Part shown: piece by piece, positions 9,151 to 18,819 of the stretch
Numbering within the stretch: the stretch's first letter is position 1
How the letters are laid out: every line of letters begins with the position of its first letter
NCBI GenBank assembly: GCA_034722055.1
Contig: JAYENL010000243.1
Coordinates: 3,059 to 67,058 of the forward strand
Direction: 5' to 3'
Length of the DNA stretch: 64,000 bases
From: Armatimonadota bacterium
Lineage (GTDB): Bacteria; Armatimonadota; Zipacnadia; Zipacnadales; UBA5352
Program-made: the position numbers and the translations under genes
Notes under the pieces: model-generated
What the model was told of the DNA's origin: nothing
The model's database searches: none
What the model saw: only the letters and a program-made list of their open reading frames with translations

Positions 9151-12100
9151 ATGACGCGCGCGTACGCGATCCGCCGGATTGCAGCACTGATCCTCATCGC
9201 AGCCGCAGCCTCGGGCCGCCCGTGCCTGGCGCAGCAAAAGGAGGGGCTGGTCGGATGGTGGCGGTTCGACGACCCCGGCGGCTTCGTGGCTGAGGACGCC
9301 TCCGGCCAGGCCAACGACGCCGACATCTGGGGCGCGAAGTGGGCGCAGGGACCGTTCGGCACCGCCCTGTGGTTCGACGGCGAGAGCTCCTACCTGTCCG
9401 TCCCCCAGCTTCCCGGCCTGGACGGCTCCGAGGAGCTGACGGTCACCGCGTGGGTCTACTGGGAGGAGGGCGGCCGCTACCCCAACATCATCACCGGCGG
9501 CACGTGGAGCCCGGGGGGCTTCCTGATCTTCGTCTCCGACCGCACCTGCAGGTTCCGCATGGGCCGGCCGGGCCACCGGGCCCATGACCCGCAGTCCCAG
9601 TGGCGCGAGCAGGGCGTCACCCTCATCTCCGGCTTCGAGCTTGATCGCTGGTACCACCTGGCGGCCACCTTCAAGCGCCCCGAGATCACCACGTACGTCA
9701 ACGGCGAGAAGGTCGCGTCCGCGCAGTGGGACTACCCGGTCGGGTACTCGGGCGAGTTACTGATCGGCCGGTGGGGAGAGGGCCGGGCGCACCACAAGGG
9801 ACTCATCGACGATGTGCGCATCTACACTCGCGCGCTGAGGCCCGAGGAGGTCGCCGCGGTGCATCAGGCAGGCTCGGAGGGACGCGTGGCCGCGGGCGGC
9901 GATGAGGACCCGTACGAGATCATGCCCGATCAGGAGCAGGTGGCCCCCATCATGGCTACGCTGGGGACCGATGACTTCGAGCTTGCGCTCAGCGAGCGCG
10001 GACGGGCCGTGTCGCTCACCGAAAGGCGAACCGGCCGCGATCTGCTGGACGCGCCCACGCCCATCGCCTGGGCCCGCGTCGATGACAGAATCCTCCGCCG
10101 GGTGCGCTGCTCGTGGGAGCCTCAGAGCGGGCGGCTGAACCTGACCTTCGGCGCCGATGAGGTGAGGGCGGTCATCGGCGTGCGCGACATGGGCGGCTAT
10201 CTGGCCCTCGAGGTGCTGGAGGCCGATGCGCAGATCGAGCAGCTCGGGCTGCTGCAGCTTCGGCTCCAGTCGCTGCCGCTGCGCAACCCGATGTCGGGCG
10301 TGGTGGCGGATGATGAGGTGGGAGTCTGCATGCGGGCGCTGAATATCGACACCCACGTGCTGCTGGGGGGCGACCCGCCCACACTCTCGGCGCGGGCCTA
10401 CAGTGACTACGGGCTCGTGGGGGCGCGGGCGGGCCTGGTGGCCTGCCCGACCTCCGAGCTCCGGTCCAGGCTGAAGGAGCTGGTGCGTCGCGAGGAGGTG
10501 CCCATGTCCAGCCTCGGCGGCCCGTGGTCGCTGGACGCCGAGACCAATCGTGGCTCGTACCTGTTCGCACGCGTGTCCGAGAGCAACGTGGAGGAGTGGA
10601 TCGCGCTCGCGAAGCGGGGCGGCTTCACCCACGTGCACTTCAGCGGATGGTGGCAGACGCGGGGGCACTACGAGCCCAGCGAGAGTCTCTTTCCCAGCGG
10701 CCTGGAGGGAATGAGGGAGTGCGTGCGGCGCATCCACGCGGCCGGGCTGAAGGCCGGCATGCACACCCTCACCGGCTGCATCCAGCCCTCCGACCCGTGG
10801 GTGACGCCCGTGCCCGATCCGCGCCTCGCCGCCGACGCCACATATACACTCGCGCGACCCATGGACGAGGACTCCGACGCCATCTACACCGTCGAGAAGC
10901 CCGGCGATCACGACACCATCTGGAGCTACTCCGGCTCCGGGAACGTCATCCGCATCGGCGAGGAGCTGATCCACTACGCGGCGATCTCGCGCGAGGAGCC
11001 GTACGGCTTCCTCGAGTGCACCCGCGGGGCCTTCGGGACCAGCGTCTCGGAGCACCCCGAGGGGGCCACAGCCGATCATCTGCGCCAGCGCTACCTGGCC
11101 TTCTACCCCGACGAGAGCAGCACCCTGGTGGGCGAGGTGGCCGACAGAATCGCGCGCGTCTACAACCAGTGCGAGTTCGACCAGATCTACATGGACGGTG
11201 CCGAGGGCATAGGGAGCCGGCACGCTATCGACACCATGCGCACCGCCATCTACGAGCGGCTCAACCGCCCAGCCCTGGTCGAGGCGTCGAGCTGGGGGCA
11301 CTGGAACTGGTACTACCACTCCCGCGTGGGAGCCTGGGACCACCCCAAGTGGGCGCTCAAGCAGTTCACCGACATGCACTGTGAGCAGCTCCCCTATTAC
11401 CGCCAGGCGGGGCTGCTGCAGGCGCAACTGGGGTGGTGGGTGGTGCTGGGGCCAGGCTCCTACTACGACGCCGAGACGCCCGACGAGATGGAGTACTTCT
11501 GCGCCAAGATCCTGGCCAATGACGCCCCGATGTCCGTCCAGGGCGTGGGGGCGATCGGCAGGCCCGCCAACGCCCGCATGAGGGAGTACCTCACCATGAC
11601 CGGCCAGTACGAGCGCCTCCGGCTGGCCGGATACTTCGACGAGGCCGTGCTGCGCAGACTCCGCAGGCCGGGCCGCGACCATCACCTGCACCAGGCCAGC
11701 GAGGGGGAGTGGGAGCTGATCCCGCGCGACTTCCACTCTCATACCGTTACCGGCCTCGACGACGGCAGCGACGCCTGGATCGTTCCCATCGCGGAGGCCG
11801 ACCAGCCGGCGCGCCTGCGCATCAAGGCCCTCTACGACGTGGCGGACTTCGATGCCGAGGGCGGAGTGCTCGTGGCCGATTTCAGTGACCTGGACCGCTT
11901 CGACGTCCGCGCCAGCGCCCAGGACGTCAGGCAGCAGCTCGCGGCGCCGGACGATGCGGCAGGCCAGCGAGCGGCCGTGACGCTGGCCGCCGCCAATGAG
12001 GGCGAGTCCCGCCGCGGGGCGTGGACGAAGGTCGGCAGGCGCTTCGAGCCGCACCTGGACATGAAGGGCTGCGACGCGCTGGGAGTGTGGGTGCATGGCG

Positions 12101-13638
12101 ACGGCAGGGGCGAGCTGCTGAACATCCAGCTCGCCAACCCACGCGAGTACTCCCGCGCACTCGCCGACAACTTCGTGGTGGTGGACTTCGAGGGCTGGCG
12201 CTATGTCGAGCTTCCCCTGCGCGAGCGCGACCCCAGGCTCTACCGCCAGCACGTGTGGCCCTACCGTGGACAGCATCCCATCTTCCGCAACCGGCTGGTC
12301 CGCAACCACGTCAGCGAGCTCAGCATCTACCTCAACAACGTGCCGCCCGGCGAGACGGCGAGCGTCCACCTGGGGCCGATCCGGGCGCTCCCCACCGCCG
12401 CGGTCTCGCTCGACCAGCCGCGCCTGACGATCAACGGCGAGGACGTGACGCTGCCCGTCTCGCTGCACAGCGAATCCTACGTGGAGGTGGACCCCGACGG
12501 CGCATGGCGACTGTATGACCGCCGCTGCGACCTCCAGCAGCGCGGCCGGCTCGACGGTCCCACGCCAGCGTCACGCACCGGCCTGAACTCGCTGGCGTTC
12601 TCATCGGCCACCGAGGCCGCGCGCGCCGAGGTCACGGTCATCGCCGACGGTCAGCCTCTGCGCGGAAAGGCCGCTGACGGGGAGATCGACTGGAGCGCCC
12701 TGCGCTACGAGTACGTCCCCCCGCGCATCGTCACAGCGCTGGACGGCAGGCAGAACACATGGGACGTGGTCTGCCGACAGGGCTTGCGGGCGAGGCTGGG
12801 AGCCGAGATCATCGTGGAGCAGTCCGGCGGCTCGCCCGCCGCCTACGAGGACCCTTCGGCGCTCACCGTTGAGAGCTTCGACGAGCTTAGCTTCTTCGCC
12901 GATAGCCCGGAGAACGAGTTCACCAAGTACGTCCACGATGCCGAGCACAGCGGCATCGCCACCAAGCCCGGCGTGACGCAGCAGTTCGAGCGCAGCACGG
13001 ACATCGTCAAGGTCGGTGAGGCCAGCGCCCGCTACACCGCCACCAGCACGCGCACTGACAGCGCCGGCTGGTCGGCGCGGGGCAGGCGCTTCGCCGAGAC
13101 CCTGGACCTCACGGGATACCGCGGGGTCGGCATGTGGGTGCACGGGGACGCGGGAGGCCACAGCATCAAGTTCCAGCTCCGCGACACCGAGGGCCGCTGG
13201 CACGACATGGTGCGGCGCGTGGACTTCACAGGCTGGCGCTACCTGGAGTTCGACCTGGCCGGAGCCGATCTCGACCTGTCGGCCATCGAGTACCTCATCA
13301 TCTACTACAACGCTATCCCCGCCGGTCAGACGGTCACCTGCTACGTGGACGACGTCCGAGCGCTGCCGGTCGTGGAGGCGGTCCGCAACCCGTCGCTGAG
13401 CATCGGCGACCAGCGTGTGACCTTCCCGGTCAGCCTGGCCGCAGGGGATCGCCTGCGGTGGGACGGCGGGCGGCGCTGCGTGGTGCGGCGCTCTGTCGGA
13501 GGCCGCTACGAGAGTGTACCCGCGGAGGGGAGCCTTCTCAGCTTGCGGCCGGGCGTCACGCCGGCGGCCTTCGATGTCGAGGAGGCCGGCGAGGGCTTCC
13601 GCGTGGAGGTGGCGCTGGTGAAGGACTACGGGGGGTGA
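9151..13638 (+). CDS. Giant (1496 aa) secreted LamG-domain protein with central TIM-barrel-like region and tandem C-terminal jelly-roll (CBM-like) repeats
   Basis: Signal peptide MTRAYAIRRIAALILIAAAASGRPCLAQQ. LamG-like N-terminus (LVGWWRFDD...ALWFDGESSYLSVPQLPG...LTVTAWVYWE). Two repeated C-terminal modules (…GVWVHGDGRGELLNIQLANP…FEGWRYVELPL / …GMWVHGDAGGHSIKFQLRDT…FTGWRYLEFDL). Confidence 0.75.
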   Translation: MTRAYAIRRIAALILIAAAASGRPCLAQQKEGLVGWWRFDDPGGFVAEDASGQANDADIWGAKWAQGPFGTALWFDGESSYLSVPQLPGLDGSEELTVTAWVYWEEGGRYPNIITGGTWSPGGFLIFVSDRTCRFRMGRPGHRAHDPQSQWREQGVTLISGFELDRWYHLAATFKRPEITTYVNGEKVASAQWDYPVGYSGELLIGRWGEGRAHHKGLIDDVRIYTRALRPEEVAAVHQAGSEGRVAAGGDEDPYEIMPDQEQVAPIMATLGTDDFELALSERGRAVSLTERRTGRDLLDAPTPIAWARVDDRILRRVRCSWEPQSGRLNLTFGADEVRAVIGVRDMGGYLALEVLEADAQIEQLGLLQLRLQSLPLRNPMSGVVADDEVGVCMRALNIDTHVLLGGDPPTLSARAYSDYGLVGARAGLVACPTSELRSRLKELVRREEVPMSSLGGPWSLDAETNRGSYLFARVSESNVEEWIALAKRGGFTHVHFSGWWQTRGHYEPSESLFPSGLEGMRECVRRIHAAGLKAGMHTLTGCIQPSDPWVTPVPDPRLAADATYTLARPMDEDSDAIYTVEKPGDHDTIWSYSGSGNVIRIGEELIHYAAISREEPYGFLECTRGAFGTSVSEHPEGATADHLRQRYLAFYPDESSTLVGEVADRIARVYNQCEFDQIYMDGAEGIGSRHAIDTMRTAIYERLNRPALVEASSWGHWNWYYHSRVGAWDHPKWALKQFTDMHCEQLPYYRQAGLLQAQLGWWVVLGPGSYYDAETPDEMEYFCAKILANDAPMSVQGVGAIGRPANARMREYLTMTGQYERLRLAGYFDEAVLRRLRRPGRDHHLHQASEGEWELIPRDFHSHTVTGLDDGSDAWIVPIAEADQPARLRIKALYDVADFDAEGGVLVADFSDLDRFDVRASAQDVRQQLAAPDDAAGQRAAVTLAAANEGESRRGAWTKVGRRFEPHLDMKGCDALGVWVHGDGRGELLNIQLANPREYSRALADNFVVVDFEGWRYVELPLRERDPRLYRQHVWPYRGQHPIFRNRLVRNHVSELSIYLNNVPPGETASVHLGPIRALPTAAVSLDQPRLTINGEDVTLPVSLHSESYVEVDPDGAWRLYDRRCDLQQRGRLDGPTPASRTGLNSLAFSSATEAARAEVTVIADGQPLRGKAADGEIDWSALRYEYVPPRIVTALDGRQNTWDVVCRQGLRARLGAEIIVEQSGGSPAAYEDPSALTVESFDELSFFADSPENEFTKYVHDAEHSGIATKPGVTQQFERSTDIVKVGEASARYTATSTRTDSAGWSARGRRFAETLDLTGYRGVGMWVHGDAGGHSIKFQLRDTEGRWHDMVRRVDFTGWRYLEFDLAGADLDLSAIEYLIIYYNAIPAGQTVTCYVDDVRALPVVEAVRNPSLSIGDQRVTFPVSLAAGDRLRWDGGRRCVVRRSVGGRYESVPAEGSLLSLRPGVTPAAFDVEEAGEGFRVEVALVKDYGG

Positions 13639-13784
13639 CGCCGCGCCTGCCTGTCGCTCTCGCCCGACGCAAGGGCGGGCGAGGGCGCCCGGAGGCGCGT
13701 GCGCGCCTCTCCCCACGGCCACAACCCCGCCCGCCCCCAGATTCCGAAGGACAGGAGCACCGGGTCGTTGCCCAGCCGTCTGGA

Positions 13785-13821
13785 GGGGCCGGTCTCCGTC
13801 CCGGCCCCGGTCGTTTCTTGT
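13785..13821 (+). terminator. Candidate intrinsic terminator downstream of the LamG giant gene
   Basis: Perfect 8-bp GC stem GGGGCCGG-tctccgtc-CCGGCCCC followed by a T-rich tract GGTCGTTTCTTGT. Confidence 0.4.
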
Positions 13822-13852
13822 ACCCCGCCCGCGCCACTGCCGTTGCTCTCAT

Positions 13853-15910
13853 TCATGCGAACCACAGCAGGTAGCGCTTGGCGACCTCCTCATTGAAGGC
13901 CCCGACGATGCCCCAGATGCCGCCGGCGATCAGGAAGTGGCCGATCGCAAGGCCCAGGAAGACCGGCGTCAGGTTCCGGTAGGTCTGGGCGCCGCCCAGC
14001 CGCAGGATCATGGATTTGGCAAGCCACGCCAGGAAGATCGGGAACCAGATGGGGTGGCCGAAGGTCCCCGCCAGGGCCAGCCCCATCGGGTTCAGCGGAA
14101 AGCGCAGGAAGCGCGACCGCAGCCACAGCATCAGCAGCGACAGCGCCAGACCAGCTCCCCGCGCCATGGTGGTCGCGAGCTTCAGCGGCTCGCCGGTGAA
14201 GACGCGCGTCTCCAGCCTGGAGTACTGCCAGAGGGCCTGGCGCGTGCGATAGCCGCCCTGGGTGGTGCCGCCGTCGAGGATGTTCCAGCCGAAGTTGTAG
14301 GCATCCACGAGGTGGACGACGTAGCCCGCGACCAGCCCCCCGAGCAGCCCCAGGGCGATGGCGACCAGCAGGTGCCAGCGACGGATCCTGGCGCGCCTGG
14401 CGATGCGGATGCCCTCCAGCTCGTAGGCCCCGAGCTGCCCGAAGGTCATCCGCGCCAGCACCCGGAAGACCGCGAAGACGCTCTCGCTGCGAATGGCGGC
14501 CAGCGAAAGGCTGCCGCCGGTCGGCTGGACCGCCAGGATCGCGTCGAACATCTCCTCCCGCGGCACGCCGTAGGTGATGGGCAGGCCGGTCTGCGCCCGG
14601 ATGCGGGCGTAGACCAGCGAGCACACGTAGATGATGAGCACGTAGCTCAGCGCGGTGCCCGCCGACATCCCCGCCACGACCATCAGCGCAGTGATCCCCA
14701 CAACGCCCACGACCACGCCCCAGACCGCGATGCCGGGAGGGATGGCCTCATCGCCGCTGACCGCCGTCCCGTCGCCGATCGCCGCGCGCAGCGCCCCGCG
14801 CAGATGGCCTCGCGCAGCATAGATGACAAACAGCACCAGGGCGATGTAGGCCCCCAGGCCCTGCGGCCGATCGTAGGGGAAGCCGGCCGCGGAATAGCCG
14901 AAGAGCACCGCCACGAAGTTCTCGAAGCGCAGCAGCAGGTAGAACACCCACACGGACAGCAGCACATCGGTGGGCACGAGATAGCCCAGGCCGATGATCT
15001 CCGGGCGGAAGGTGAGATTCAGCGGCCGCAGGCCCGACCACGGTCGCTCGCTGAACAGCGGGCTGAGATTGTAGCTCTGGCCGATGGCGGCGATGCCGGG
15101 AAAGAAGGCATGGGCGATGTTGGAGCCGTCGTAGAGCGCGGCCAGCCCGAAGCCGATCCAGAAGAGCCAGGTATGCAAAAGCTGCGGCTGATCGGGCCGG
15201 TCGGGCGGATCGGGAGCGAGCCGCAGAGCCAGCTCCGCCAGCGGGAACGTCAGGTGCTCCCGCTCCGCCCAGGGCTCGCGGAACAGCGACACCAGGCAGC
15301 CCAGCGACAGCGTCAGCAGCATGAAGACGCCGCCCCAGGCCACCAGCACCGGCAGCCACGCCCGCCAGGGGACGGCGCCTCCCTCCACTCCCTCGTAGAA
15401 GCCGCGGATGAGCTGCTCGTCGGCGGGCATCAGCCACGTGGGGATGTGCGGCGCCAGGGCGGCGTACTCATTGCCCGTGGCGGCGAAGTAGCGCAGGCTG
15501 GTGATGGTGGCCAGGAGCTGGCGCACCCCGTTGGCGTCGATGGTCATGAAGGCGCAGGTGAGCAGGATGTAGACCACCAGCGCCTCCCGCCGCCAGCGGC
15601 GCGTGGCCGTAAGGCGTACCGACACCAGCCCGACCGCCGTCATCAGCACCAGGGCCGTCAGTGCCGGTATCGGCGGCGTGCCCTCCCCGACCAGGATCGT
15701 GAAGGCAATCAGGGAGGCCTTGCGGATCCACAGCGCCCCGATCGCCAGGAACGCCGCGGCCAGCAGCAGCGACCTCACTGAGAGCGCACGGCCCTCTGAC
15801 TGCGGCTGCACTGCGGGCCTCCCTTCTGTGGCGTTCGCGGCACGTGAGCAATACGGGCGTCTGTTGGGCCTGGCGCCACGCCACCCTCCATTCCCATCCC
15901 CCGGCGGCAT
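13853..15910 (-). CDS. Large polytopic integral membrane protein (about 14 predicted transmembrane helices), function unknown
   Basis: Continuous hydrophobic-helix-rich translation. Start chosen at MPPGDG (SD AGGAAGGG adjacent); the start is uncertain and could be 15970 or an internal M. Confidence 0.6.
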   Translation of the reverse strand: MPPGDGNGGWRGARPNRRPYCSRAANATEGRPAVQPQSEGRALSVRSLLLAAAFLAIGALWIRKASLIAFTILVGEGTPPIPALTALVLMTAVGLVSVRLTATRRWRREALVVYILLTCAFMTIDANGVRQLLATITSLRYFAATGNEYAALAPHIPTWLMPADEQLIRGFYEGVEGGAVPWRAWLPVLVAWGGVFMLLTLSLGCLVSLFREPWAEREHLTFPLAELALRLAPDPPDRPDQPQLLHTWLFWIGFGLAALYDGSNIAHAFFPGIAAIGQSYNLSPLFSERPWSGLRPLNLTFRPEIIGLGYLVPTDVLLSVWVFYLLLRFENFVAVLFGYSAAGFPYDRPQGLGAYIALVLFVIYAARGHLRGALRAAIGDGTAVSGDEAIPPGIAVWGVVVGVVGITALMVVAGMSAGTALSYVLIIYVCSLVYARIRAQTGLPITYGVPREEMFDAILAVQPTGGSLSLAAIRSESVFAVFRVLARMTFGQLGAYELEGIRIARRARIRRWHLLVAIALGLLGGLVAGYVVHLVDAYNFGWNILDGGTTQGGYRTRQALWQYSRLETRVFTGEPLKLATTMARGAGLALSLLMLWLRSRFLRFPLNPMGLALAGTFGHPIWFPIFLAWLAKSMILRLGGAQTYRNLTPVFLGLAIGHFLIAGGIWGIVGAFNEEVAKRYLLWFA

Positions 15911-16041
15911 CCCTTCCTGACGGGCCGTGAAGGCGCAGCCGCTGCCGCCGGAGAAGGCCCCTCCCGCCACGGGCAGACCGCTGAGCGTACGAGCGAGGCA
16001 GCGCCAGGCCGAGCGGCTGGCTCGCCGACCCGGGAGGGACG

Positions 16042-18594
16042 ATGGCAGTGGAGATCACGCTGACCCTGAGCTCTGTTCCCATATGTGTGATGCTGACGGC
16101 GTGCCTGATGGCCAGTGCGGTCTCCTGCCAGGCCGCGGAGCGCTTCGTGTCCACGGAGGGCAATGACGCCTGGTCAGGGACGCTGCCGGCGCCCAACGCG
16201 GATGGCACGGACGGGCCCTTCGCCACCCTCTCGCGCGCCCGGGAGGCCGTGCGGGAGCTCAGGGCCGCCGCTCCGGACGAGCCCGTGACCGTCACGGTGC
16301 GCGGCGGCACCTACTACCTGGGCGAGCCCCTGGTGCTCTCGGGCGCGGATTCGGGCGCTTCCGGCGCCCCCGTGCGCTGGCAGGCGCATCCCGACGAGAC
16401 AGTCGTGCTCAGCGGCGGGCGGCCCATCACCGGCCCATGGCAGCCCGGGGAGGGCGAGACCTTCGTCACCCGCGTGCCGGAGGTGGCTGACGGGGAGTGG
16501 TACTTCCGCCTGCTGCGGGTGGGCGAGGAGTGGGCGATCCGGGCCCGCTACCCGAACTACGACCCGGAGCATCCCTACACCGGCGGCTGGCTCTTCGTGA
16601 AGCCCTCCTCGCGCATCGAGGGGCAGTTCGGCAAGGCCGTCGGCAACATCCACAACCGCGGCGACATGATGCAGTGGACCGTCGAGATACCGGCGACCGG
16701 AGACTACAACGTCTTCCACTACTACGCGGCCGAGAACGAGCCCTGGGGGCGGACGGACATGGGCGGCCGCGTCGCCTTCACCGTGGACGACGGGGAGCCG
16801 GTCGTGCTGCAGAACCTGCAGGACACGGGGAGCTTCCGGACCTTCAGGTGGTCCGATGTGAACGCCACCGTCCGCCTGGAGGAGGGCACGCACACCATCC
16901 GGTGGGTCAATCAGCAGGGCGGGGGCATCAACTACGACGCCTTCGCCCTCTGCGACGATCCCGACTGGCGGCCGCAGGGCACGCTCCCACAGCCGCCGGA
17001 GCACGGGCACCTGGTGGTGGTGCACGCGGAGACCTTCGAGGAGTCCCGGGGCGAGGAGCTCTCGGTCAGCCTGCCTGCCAGCAGGCGCCACTTCGGCTTC
17101 GACCCCGACGAGATCCCCATGTGGGAGGCCGCCGAGGAGATCGAGATGCACGTCTTCCCGGCCTGGGGCTGGGTCAGCTCCATCGAGCCCGTCGCGGAGC
17201 TTGACCACGAGACGGGCCTGGGCACGCTCGCTGGGCGCGAGGCCAACCAGGAGCTGCGGGTGGGCAACCGCTACTACCTCGAGAACATCCTGGAGGAGCT
17301 GGACATGCCGGGGGAGTGGTACCTGGAGCGCGACACGGGCCTGCTGCACTACTGGCCGCGGGAGGAGGACTTCGCGCAGCGCGAGATCGTGGCACCGGTC
17401 CACGACCGCATCATCCACATCCGCCCCGACGAGCAGGGCCCGGCGCAGCATATCGAGATCGCTGGCTTCACCTTCATGGACACCGGCTATACGCCGCGCA
17501 TCGAGACTCCCTACTATCCGCCCGACGCCGCCATCTGGATCGAGGACTCCCATCAGTGCCTGGTGGAGGGCTGCCGCTTCACTCGCCTGGGCGGCAGCGC
17601 GCTGAATCTGGTGGGCGACGCCCACCACAACCGCTTCCTGGAGTGCACCGTCGAGCATGTCGGCCAGAACGGCGTCTTCATGAGGCCCACCGAGGACAGC
17701 GCACCGACCCAGAACACCGTGGCCGGCTGCCACATGCACCATCTGGGACTGATCTACAAGCACGTGGCCGGGGTCTACATCGGCTCCCGGCCGCCGGCGA
17801 TGGCGCAGGAGCCGGGGAACCTGATCGCCCGCAACCTCATCACCGACGTCCCCCGCTACGCCATCGGCATCAAGATGAACCAGGGCAATAACGTGGTGGA
17901 GTACAACCGGATCCATCGCACGAACCTGGAGACCAATGACACCGGGGGCATCGAGAGCTGCGTGCGCAACCGCGAGGCCGCCGGCAACACCATCCGCTAC
18001 AACCTCGTCATGGACACCATCGGCCTCAAGACCACTACGGACGGGCAGATCCTCACCCCCTACTACACCTGGGGCATCTACCTGGACGACCACTCCAGCC
18101 ACGCGCACGTGGTGGGCAACATCTGCGTCCGTAACTGGCGCGGCGGCGTGGTAGTGCATGGCGGGCAGCGGAACGTTATCGAGAACAACATCCTCGTCGG
18201 CTCTGAGCTGGGGCAGGCGGAGTTCAACAACATTCGGGGGCAGATGGTGCAGAATGTCTTCCGCCGCAACGTCTGCTGCCGCCTCGGCGAGGGCGGTGCC
18301 ATGCTCCGCTCCAACGGCTTCAACGAGGACGTGCTCGCTGAGTGTGACGGCAACCTCTACTGGAGCACCGCCGACCCGCCGGAGGCCCTGACCTTCGTCG
18401 GCAAGTCGCTTGAGCAGTGGCGAGAGCTGGGCTACGACGAGCACTCGGTGGTCGCCGAGCCGGGGTTCGCGGATCCGGAGGCCGACGACTTCACGCTGGC
18501 GGCCGATTCGCCGGCCTTCGAGCTGGGCTTCCAGGCCATCCCGGTGGAGCGGATCGGACTCGCCGGCTACGACCGGGAGAGCTACGCACCGTAG
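16042..18594 (+). CDS. Secreted right-handed parallel beta-helix protein with an inserted CBM6/35-like beta-sandwich
   Basis: N-terminal signal-like hydrophobic segment. Beta-helix family N-terminal signature (GTDGPFATLSRAREAVREL...VTVRGGTYYLGEPLVLSGADSG...VLSGG). CBM-like insert (GDYNVFHYYAAENEPWGRTDMGGRVAFTVDDGE...INYDAFAL). Paralog of 36948..39710. SD GGGAGGGA. Confidence 0.75.
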   Translation: MAVEITLTLSSVPICVMLTACLMASAVSCQAAERFVSTEGNDAWSGTLPAPNADGTDGPFATLSRAREAVRELRAAAPDEPVTVTVRGGTYYLGEPLVLSGADSGASGAPVRWQAHPDETVVLSGGRPITGPWQPGEGETFVTRVPEVADGEWYFRLLRVGEEWAIRARYPNYDPEHPYTGGWLFVKPSSRIEGQFGKAVGNIHNRGDMMQWTVEIPATGDYNVFHYYAAENEPWGRTDMGGRVAFTVDDGEPVVLQNLQDTGSFRTFRWSDVNATVRLEEGTHTIRWVNQQGGGINYDAFALCDDPDWRPQGTLPQPPEHGHLVVVHAETFEESRGEELSVSLPASRRHFGFDPDEIPMWEAAEEIEMHVFPAWGWVSSIEPVAELDHETGLGTLAGREANQELRVGNRYYLENILEELDMPGEWYLERDTGLLHYWPREEDFAQREIVAPVHDRIIHIRPDEQGPAQHIEIAGFTFMDTGYTPRIETPYYPPDAAIWIEDSHQCLVEGCRFTRLGGSALNLVGDAHHNRFLECTVEHVGQNGVFMRPTEDSAPTQNTVAGCHMHHLGLIYKHVAGVYIGSRPPAMAQEPGNLIARNLITDVPRYAIGIKMNQGNNVVEYNRIHRTNLETNDTGGIESCVRNREAAGNTIRYNLVMDTIGLKTTTDGQILTPYYTWGIYLDDHSSHAHVVGNICVRNWRGGVVVHGGQRNVIENNILVGSELGQAEFNNIRGQMVQNVFRRNVCCRLGEGGAMLRSNGFNEDVLAECDGNLYWSTADPPEALTFVGKSLEQWRELGYDEHSVVAEPGFADPEADDFTLAADSPAFELGFQAIPVERIGLAGYDRESYAP

Positions 18595-18819
18595 GGGCAT
18601 CCCCGCCAGACGGACCCACAGGCACTGCCCCGTCTTGCCTCAGGGGAGACGCACCACAGGTCAGCCACCCGGCATCGCCCATCCCGACTGTCCTGAGCTT
18701 CCTCACCGTCTGCGTGCACGGTCACGCGGAACTAGACAGCGGCGCAAGCGTTTAGTAGCCCACGGAGCGGTGCGCCGCCGGACGCAGAGCACCGGGGGCT
18801 CGAAAGGACACGGTGTAGC

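Noticed and set aside
6771-9293. 840-aa + ORF; also 9757..12468 (-), 16174..18600 (-), 18838..21141 (-), 13937..15781 (+), 27648..29063 (+), 34753..36450 (-), 37941..39665 (-), 40940..43057 (+), 54212..55639 (+)
   Set aside because: All are long antisense ORFs opposite genes with strong domain evidence. Their composition is dominated by R, A, G and P, as expected from stop-codon-poor 70%-GC DNA. None has a ribosome-binding site or recognisable domains.
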